Source: a virus (lineage: Duplodnaviria > Caudoviricetes). From it: 50,382 nt of DNA. The notes under the pieces are model-generated. The model had not been told where the DNA came from. It saw only the letters and a list, made by a program, of their open reading frames with translations, and did not search any database. Shown here one piece after another: positions 44,442-50,382 of the stretch. Made by a program: the position numbers and the translations under genes. How positions within the stretch are numbered: the first letter of the stretch is position 1; each line of letters opens with the position of its first letter. The stretch spans positions 1 to 50,382 of the IMG/VR virus record IMGVR_UViG_3300037634_004340; one strand, written 5' to 3'.

Positions 44442-45046
44442 ACAGCCTCCTTAATTTTTTCAGCATGTATTTCGTAATTTTTACTTATAATATTATTCTC
44501 TATTTTTCTTAAATCTTTAGATTTAGTAGAATGCACAGTGATAAATATACAATCTTTATGGGTATATATAATTCTCTTTGTTCCAGGATTAGTAATTCCA
44601 TGAAAGGGAGCCTTAATTCTTACAGCTTTATTTTCATCAAAAATAGTCATCTCACCTTTCATTAAAAAGAAAGGATGTGTTGTTTTATGTATCTTTGTTA
44701 CTAATAATTCTCCTTTTGGATTAAAAATCTCTCTAATATAAAGATTATCACCAAATCTATGTTTTAAAGGGTTGACTCGATTAAGTTTAGCTCCTGTTAG
44801 CCCTTTAGAGCTACTTTTAATACGCTCTTCAACCCTTACTATCATTTCTCTAAACTCCGCCTTAGAAGGGTAGTTATCGTTCAATTCTGCTAAGTTCTTA
44901 TTCCAGCGTTCTTTATTAAGCTTTTCTAACTTTTTAGCTTCATATTCTTGAGTTAATCTCCAAACATCTTCAAATGGAAGTTTATGTGAAAGTCCTAAAG
45001 TATTAGTCCAAAAATCAAATTGAAATTTATAATCTTCTTTATTCAT
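44438..45046 (-). CDS. Cupin-fold protein
   Basis: HRFGDNLYIREI..PKG....KIHK..H....KG...PGTKR......D..FITVH. Confidence 0.65.
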   Translation of the reverse strand: MNKEDYKFQFDFWTNTLGLSHKLPFEDVWRLTQEYEAKKLEKLNKERWNKNLAELNDNYPSKAEFREMIVRVEERIKSSSKGLTGAKLNRVNPLKHRFGDNLYIREIFNPKGELLVTKIHKTTHPFFLMKGEMTIFDENKAVRIKAPFHGITNPGTKRIIYTHKDCIFITVHSTKSKDLRKIENNIISKNYEIHAEKIKEAV

Positions 45047-45526
45047 TTACGGATTTGTCGGATTTATATTTTTATTATCGCCATACCATTGGTCATATAA
45101 AGTTTTCCCATGCTTAGCTAACTTAGGATCATATTTCTCTGTAAGTTTTCCTACAGCTCTTATGTCGCTTGAATCATACTTTGTTTCACCAAACTCAAAT
45201 CCTTCAGAAGGTTTCTGAAATCTTTTTAGGCTAAACCTGTTCTTAATATCGGTAGCTTGTCCTCCCCATGTATTCCAATCCGTAAGTTTAAAATCTGTTT
45301 TATCTAAATTTAAATGAGGGTTTTGACTTTGATAGCCTGGATTTATCATTTTTGCTCCAGCATCATATTCATCCCATGCAGTTTTACTTTCACTTGCTTG
45401 TCCTATCAGAAATTGGCCTATACTAGCAGCATCACTAAACATGTTTTTATACATATTTGTAGTTTTTTTATCGCCTATTTGTTTTCGTTTAAGAGCCCCT
45501 AATTGAGCATATCCAGATGTTGCCAT
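45047..45526 (-). CDS. Hypothetical protein (possible internal virion protein)
   Basis: 159 aa, GGAG RBS, first gene after a promoter-like gap. Confidence 0.55.
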   Translation of the reverse strand: MATSGYAQLGALKRKQIGDKKTTNMYKNMFSDAASIGQFLIGQASESKTAWDEYDAGAKMINPGYQSQNPHLNLDKTDFKLTDWNTWGGQATDIKNRFSLKRFQKPSEGFEFGETKYDSSDIRAVGKLTEKYDPKLAKHGKTLYDQWYGDNKNINPTNP

Positions 45527-45550
45527 TTTTTATCTCCAGTTTTTACTTGT

Positions 45551-45580
45551 AATTTATACTATTTCTTTTGTATGAACCAA
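45551..45580 (-). promoter_or_regulatory. Putative promoter of the ejection cluster
   Basis: TTGGTT-N18-TAAATT on the minus strand. Confidence 0.4.
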
Positions 45581-45605
45581 TTTAAAAATTATGTTATTAT
45601 ATCTC

Positions 45606-46967
45606 CTAGCTTCCTGTCGTTATTACACTTGGTAGTGTAGTCGCTTTAATAATGATTGGTGGGTTATAATAAGTTGAACTATGATGATAATTTTTCCCAT
45701 GATAGATGTAACACTTATTTAATGAACCATTAGTTGAACCCCATACATAATATGTTTTACCACTTGAAAGTCCTGTTAAAACCCATTTAACAGTCATCAT
45801 TAACATATCAGATTCATCTGCATAATGTACAAATTCATTGTAATCCCCTTCAGTTGTAACAGAGGTGTAAGATGAGTTACTTTCACTAAGTCCAAGCCTT
45901 AGATAATCATTAGTTGAGCTAACTAAACAAGTCAATGATACTTCAACATTAGTTGATGGGGGAGCTGTAAAATTTACTGAAAGGTTTGTACCTCCTACTG
46001 CTGTAGTTAATAAGGCTGGAGTTGCCCCTGCTACTTCTATTCTCCCTGAATTTGCTACAATACTATTATTATATATATGAGTATACCCAATTATGGAGCT
46101 ACTATCAACATAAGCTTTAATTGATTGCTGAGTAGCGACTCCTGTATTATTATTAGATGCCATATCATCTTCATCTAATATTGCGTCAAAACTCCCACTA
46201 CCATCAATACTTAAAGAGTTAAGATTTTGTAGATCACTACCATCCATATCAATATTACCTGACATAGTTCCACCTGCAAGAGGAAGCAATCCTGACCCTG
46301 CTGCATTTTTAAACCCAGCGCTATCTACGCTCCCTACAGCTGAACCATCTACAAAGAACTCTACTTTTTTAGTATCTGGAACTTTAATATTAATGTTATC
46401 ATCATCTTCTGTATCTGCTCCAGTCTGTTCAATTGTCAATATCCCTGAAGTTGTACCTAGAGTAGTAGTAGTTAAACCAGGAGAGATATTATGAGCAAGA
46501 ACTTCAGTAGCATCATTATTATCAGAACTTCCACTATTAACTTGCAGTTTTGCAGCAGCCCCTACACCTACTTGAGAAATTGATAAATCGCCTATATAAA
46601 TAGTTTCTGCCCCAAGATGTACATCCTTAAACCTTTTAACTGTACTCCCTAAACTTATCTCTAAATCTTTTTCAGGCAATAAATCAGAAGTTATAGTTTT
46701 TTCTTGAGAACCTGCAATAGAAGCAGCAGAAGTAGATCTTTTATCATCAATTTTAGTTAGTACATTTTCATAAAGTTTCCCCTTATGTTTTACATACATA
46801 GCTAAGTATTCAGCAACAGGAGCATTTGCTGCAGGGTCATCAGTATAAATTTCCCTTATAACAGGAACACCCTCTTGCAGATCTCCTATTTTTGGTTTCC
46901 CTTTAGAAATCCTTACTCTATTTTGCTTATTATGTAACATATTTCTAGAAATTCTATCAAAAGGCAT
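45606..46967 (-). CDS. Tail fibre/needle-like protein
   Basis: SLGSTVKRFKDVHL, LPLAGGTMSGNI and ILDEDDMASN...ATQQSIKAYVD fibre motifs; beta-rich C-terminal head. Confidence 0.65.
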   Translation of the reverse strand: MPFDRISRNMLHNKQNRVRISKGKPKIGDLQEGVPVIREIYTDDPAANAPVAEYLAMYVKHKGKLYENVLTKIDDKRSTSAASIAGSQEKTITSDLLPEKDLEISLGSTVKRFKDVHLGAETIYIGDLSISQVGVGAAAKLQVNSGSSDNNDATEVLAHNISPGLTTTTLGTTSGILTIEQTGADTEDDDNINIKVPDTKKVEFFVDGSAVGSVDSAGFKNAAGSGLLPLAGGTMSGNIDMDGSDLQNLNSLSIDGSGSFDAILDEDDMASNNNTGVATQQSIKAYVDSSSIIGYTHIYNNSIVANSGRIEVAGATPALLTTAVGGTNLSVNFTAPPSTNVEVSLTCLVSSTNDYLRLGLSESNSSYTSVTTEGDYNEFVHYADESDMLMMTVKWVLTGLSSGKTYYVWGSTNGSLNKCYIYHGKNYHHSSTYYNPPIIIKATTLPSVITTGS

Positions 46968-49189
46968 TATTTTAACCCTTTCATTCTAAATATTATAGAT
47001 ATACTGTTGATCTTAAAATCTGCCGCAGCAGTGCCACCTATAACTATCTGAAAGCTACTAACACTATTGATTGAAACAACTGGTTTTAATTCAGCTTTTA
47101 ACCAATCAGTTATTCCTGCAGGACCACTCCATAATGGAGTAGTGCTATCAGTAGCCCCTGAAGTTGAACCATCAGTAGCGGATGTTATTTTATAAAAGTT
47201 TCCTGGAGTAGCAGTATTCTCGCCATTAGTTCGATAGCCTACAGTAACTGCACTACCATCCCCTTGATATGTAATATATACTTTGTGAATCTTTTTTCTT
47301 TGAGCTGGTTGTCCAAAATCAAAATCTTTAGTTTTTATAGAGATAGTTTGAGCAACAGAAGTATCACTCCATTTCATTATATCAAGGTCAGTACCACCAT
47401 TTTTTCCAATTATTAAATCGCCTTTAAAATTCCTAAAATTTGTTTTATGCTCATCGCCTAACGATAATGAACCTGTAACCCAACTCCTAGTAACCATATC
47501 AAATATATAGGCATCATCATTATTAGAAGCATCATCATAAGATTTGCAAATAATTAATTGACTTTTAAAAGCATTATATCCTATAAGAGATTCATCACTA
47601 ATAAATGCAGCCCATAAATTCTCATCTATTATTTGCACTCCTTTTTCTGTCAATAGATTAGTAACTGACTTTCCATCATAGAAAAAACATCCATTCTCGT
47701 TTATCCAGGCTATCCCAACATCTGTTTTTGTTACTGCTCCAAAATTAGCCACACCTTTATGGTCATAAACTGCTTCTATAAAATCTATTTCTTGAGATAT
47801 ATTTATTAATGTTAATTTTCTTTTCTTAAATTGTAATAATCTATCAGCATATTCTTCCAATTTAACAATAGCATCACCATCGTTAACAGCTGATTCAAGA
47901 ACTCTTTCAGCAGGGAAAACATCTAATTCATTTACAGGGCTTTTTATTATAGCATCACCTCTCCATACATCTTGATGTACATTTCCTATATAAGCGATTC
48001 TATTTGCTACTACAGCTGTTTTTATCTGACGAACTATCTGATTTCCTATACCAGGATAACCATTTCTATCTTCATATGTTACTGCTGTAGGAATTGTAGG
48101 ATATACTAATAAAGCTGAATTTCTTATCTTATCAGTGTCATAAGTTGCCCAAGTGGTACTCTCTACTGATAAGGGAGAGGATATAACACCTTCACCATCA
48201 TCTACAGTGGCAGCCTCAATAAGTAAATAAGCTGAGCCATAAGCAACTCCAGCTTCATTAACCTTTCTAACATAGATATTAACTCCAACTACACTAGGAT
48301 TATTTGATGTATCTGGAAATAAATATAATCTAAGACTTACTTCTTTAGCGTAAGTTGTGGTTGTATAAGAAGATATTAATTGTAATTTTGATTCTTGTGA
48401 ATTTGCTTCTGAAAAAGGGTATCTTTTATTAAACATAACTGAATAATAAAATGCATGATGACCGGCCCAATTATCTCCTACACTTAGCGATCCAGCGCCA
48501 TTAAATGATAATCCTATAGGATAAGTAGTGCTCATTAAGGTAATCGCTGCCTCAGTGCCATAACCACTAGTGGCTTGACTATTAGAATTAAACCTAGAAA
48601 GTGCACTCGTTCGTATTTTAGCATCTATAGCTTGAGGGCAAACTTTCCATCCATCTACAGCTGTTCCTGATACAGATAGTATTTTATTAGCGTCTCTTTT
48701 TATATAAGATAATGATTGAGGCCAATTAGAAGTGTTAGCAGTATTTCCGTCGAATACCCTTAGATCACCATCTGCATAATAATAGTGATAGTGCATATTA
48801 CCACCAATACCCATATCAAACCCAGTTATATCTACATCCCAGCCATCTCTGTCACTCCATAAGCTTAAAAGTCCAGTCCAACCATTAGTACCACTAATAG
48901 CTATATAATTTGTTTCAGCCTCAGTGGCAGGTGCATCCATATCTTCAGCGCCTTGCCTGTCATGAGAAAAAGTGAATAATCCTAAACCCACACAAGAATC
49001 AGCATCATGACTAGTATTTGTGGCGACACTGGGATGTACTATCATAGAACCTAAAGTTCTTATAGTACCTATTTCATCAACCATTACTCCATCTAATTCA
49101 GCAAATTGATGATCAGCTATATCTCTAGGGTCAGCATTACTATTAATACCACCATGAAACTTATCTATTTTCCATACTTGTTTCGGCAT
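46967..49189 (-). CDS. Tail nozzle/stabilisation protein (tail tubular B/P22 gp10-like)
   Basis: N-terminal FHGGINS..DPRDI, beta-propeller-like repeats, C-terminal KTKDFDFGQP..RKKI.KVY. Confidence 0.75.
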   Translation of the reverse strand: MPKQVWKIDKFHGGINSNADPRDIADHQFAELDGVMVDEIGTIRTLGSMIVHPSVATNTSHDADSCVGLGLFTFSHDRQGAEDMDAPATEAETNYIAISGTNGWTGLLSLWSDRDGWDVDITGFDMGIGGNMHYHYYYADGDLRVFDGNTANTSNWPQSLSYIKRDANKILSVSGTAVDGWKVCPQAIDAKIRTSALSRFNSNSQATSGYGTEAAITLMSTTYPIGLSFNGAGSLSVGDNWAGHHAFYYSVMFNKRYPFSEANSQESKLQLISSYTTTTYAKEVSLRLYLFPDTSNNPSVVGVNIYVRKVNEAGVAYGSAYLLIEAATVDDGEGVISSPLSVESTTWATYDTDKIRNSALLVYPTIPTAVTYEDRNGYPGIGNQIVRQIKTAVVANRIAYIGNVHQDVWRGDAIIKSPVNELDVFPAERVLESAVNDGDAIVKLEEYADRLLQFKKRKLTLINISQEIDFIEAVYDHKGVANFGAVTKTDVGIAWINENGCFFYDGKSVTNLLTEKGVQIIDENLWAAFISDESLIGYNAFKSQLIICKSYDDASNNDDAYIFDMVTRSWVTGSLSLGDEHKTNFRNFKGDLIIGKNGGTDLDIMKWSDTSVAQTISIKTKDFDFGQPAQRKKIHKVYITYQGDGSAVTVGYRTNGENTATPGNFYKITSATDGSTSGATDSTTPLWSGPAGITDWLKAELKPVVSINSVSSFQIVIGGTAAADFKINSISIIFRMKGLK

Positions 49190-49197
49190 ATTAGATA

Positions 49198-49271
49198 AGT
49201 GTGTACACTATCGTAAGTGAGTCGAAACCACACGAAGGAAGAGAGAACTTCGGTAACGGAGTGCACACACT
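49198..49271 (-). other. Intergenic branched stem-loop
   Basis: AGTGTGTACACT/AGTGCACACACT 12-bp outer stem enclosing two hairpins. Confidence 0.6.
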
Positions 49272-49287
49272 ATACCATTTAGTATTA

Positions 49288-50073
49288 TCAGTTATTACCA
49301 TTTATTACTTCTCCCCATAAACTTGTTTTTCCATTAATTATATGTATAGGCTGAACACTGAATAAGCCACCTTTATAAAAATCTACAATAGCAAAGGCAT
49401 GTGCCCAATTAACATTTCTATTTTCAAGCCAATCATTAGATTTTGGGCTCATATCTTTTAAACAACCCATACTCCAAGCAGACTTTACTCCGTCCATATG
49501 AGTCATTGAATGTTGTTGTAAATCGTGCCAATGTCCATACATTACATTACAACCCATCTTTCTAAGGTGATTGGCTGCATGATATTGACCTCCATATTGA
49601 TGACCATGATAAAAATAAAGTTTACCCATCTTTAAAGGTCTACCAAACTTATAGTATTTATATCCTCTACCTTTTAAATCTACCGCTTGAGCAAATTTAT
49701 ATTGAGGTATATATGGATATTTAGCTACAGCATAATTTAACCAATTATCATGATTTCCTTCTGTAATATATTTTTCACTACAATTAACCTTGTCTAATGA
49801 CTCGTCAATTTGATCCATTCCTGAATTTACATCATCTATATCCTCATCAAATGATTCTATCATAAACTCTAATGGAGGAGCTTTTTTTCTCTTATATTTC
49901 CAAACTGAGAAAGCGCTCCACTCCCCAACATCACCTAGATCAACATAAGCATCAGGCCTTACTATTTCTATTGTTTGCTTTAAACAATTAATAGCAGGCT
50001 GATCATGTAAAGGAAAATGTTTATCTGGAGTAACTATTACTCTTTTAACAACTCCTTTATCTATTTTTGACAT
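49288..50073 (-). CDS. Calcineurin-like metallophosphoesterase
   Basis: PDKH, LGD, EGNHD, HGH and GHWH motifs. Confidence 0.9.
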   Translation of the reverse strand: MSKIDKGVVKRVIVTPDKHFPLHDQPAINCLKQTIEIVRPDAYVDLGDVGEWSAFSVWKYKRKKAPPLEFMIESFDEDIDDVNSGMDQIDESLDKVNCSEKYITEGNHDNWLNYAVAKYPYIPQYKFAQAVDLKGRGYKYYKFGRPLKMGKLYFYHGHQYGGQYHAANHLRKMGCNVMYGHWHDLQQHSMTHMDGVKSAWSMGCLKDMSPKSNDWLENRNVNWAHAFAIVDFYKGGLFSVQPIHIINGKTSLWGEVINGNN

Positions 50074-50074
50074 A

Positions 50075-50269
50075 TTACTTATCTATAGCTTCCTTTAAAG
50101 CTTCCTGTAAGGCTTCATATAATGCATCTAACAATTCAGCTTCAGTCTCTTCTGAAATCATTGGTATATTCATCTTCTTATTAAGCTGTACTATAACTTT
50201 TTCTTTAGTCTTATCATTAAGTATCATTTCTACAGCCATCTTCTTTAAGGCTTTCACTAAAGCATTCAT
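50075..50269 (-). CDS. Small hypothetical protein
   Basis: 64 aa, AAGGAG RBS, NIPMISEETE motif. Confidence 0.6.
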   Translation of the reverse strand: MNALVKALKKMAVEMILNDKTKEKVIVQLNKKMNIPMISEETEAELLDALYEALQEALKEAIDK

Positions 50270-50272
50270 TTA

Positions 50273-50382
50273 TCATTCTCCTTCATATATTGTTTTATTG
50301 CAGAGATTTCTCTCTCTATTTCTTTAAATCTAACTTCTTGCTCTTGAAATACATCTGTTATTTCATCTATAATAGGAAACTT
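50273..50382 (-). CDS. 3' end of a hypothetical gene (start lies outside the window)
   Basis: Open frame ...KFPIIDEITDVFQEQEVRFKEIERNLCNKTIYEGE*. Confidence 0.45.

Noticed and set aside
2648-50327. Short opposite-strand or overlapping ORFs in the track (for example 2648..2899, 7390..7596, 19781..20029, 23379..23711, 26818..27129, 39445..39855, 42834..43169, 50067..50327)
   Set aside because: They are shadows of longer well-supported genes, with no RBS or recognisable motifs
1-50382. Stop-codon reassignment as in some crAss-like phages
   Set aside because: Long genes are intact in the standard code, and TAA, TAG and TGA all act as stops at gene junctions
1-50382. Integrase, repressor, transposon, intein or lysis genes
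   Set aside because: No recognisable motifs in this window; TerL and the helicase are of normal length, and lysis genes may lie outside the window

Overview
AT-rich double-stranded DNA phage genome segment with podovirus-like morphogenesis genes and a giant virion RNA polymerase of the crAss-like (phi14:2 gp66) type. It uses the standard genetic code and has clear Shine-Dalgarno motifs. There are three blocks. (1) A minus-strand head/tail module (1-15245): TerS, three cargo-like genes, TerL, portal, scaffold, major capsid, adaptor/ring proteins and LamG fibres. (2) A plus-strand early/replication module (15631-29351). It opens with about 3 kb of mostly non-coding, densely structured RNA elements, including a twister ribozyme, a twice-occurring pseudoknot motif and a ~380-nt multibranch RNA. 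It then carries a compact E2-like/JAB/E1/ubiquitin-like operon, followed by a Sak4-like ATPase, SSB, primase-helicase, RuvC-like resolvase and Cas4-like nuclease, with no recognisable DNA polymerase. (3) A minus-strand tail/ejection module (29412-50382) with the 2833-aa RNA polymerase and a PT-TG/ADP-ribosyltransferase-like toxin. The strongest candidate for an undescribed system is the phage-encoded ubiquitin-like conjugation operon at 19454-23198. All calls come from reading motifs and base-pairing by eye; no searches or folding programs were run.
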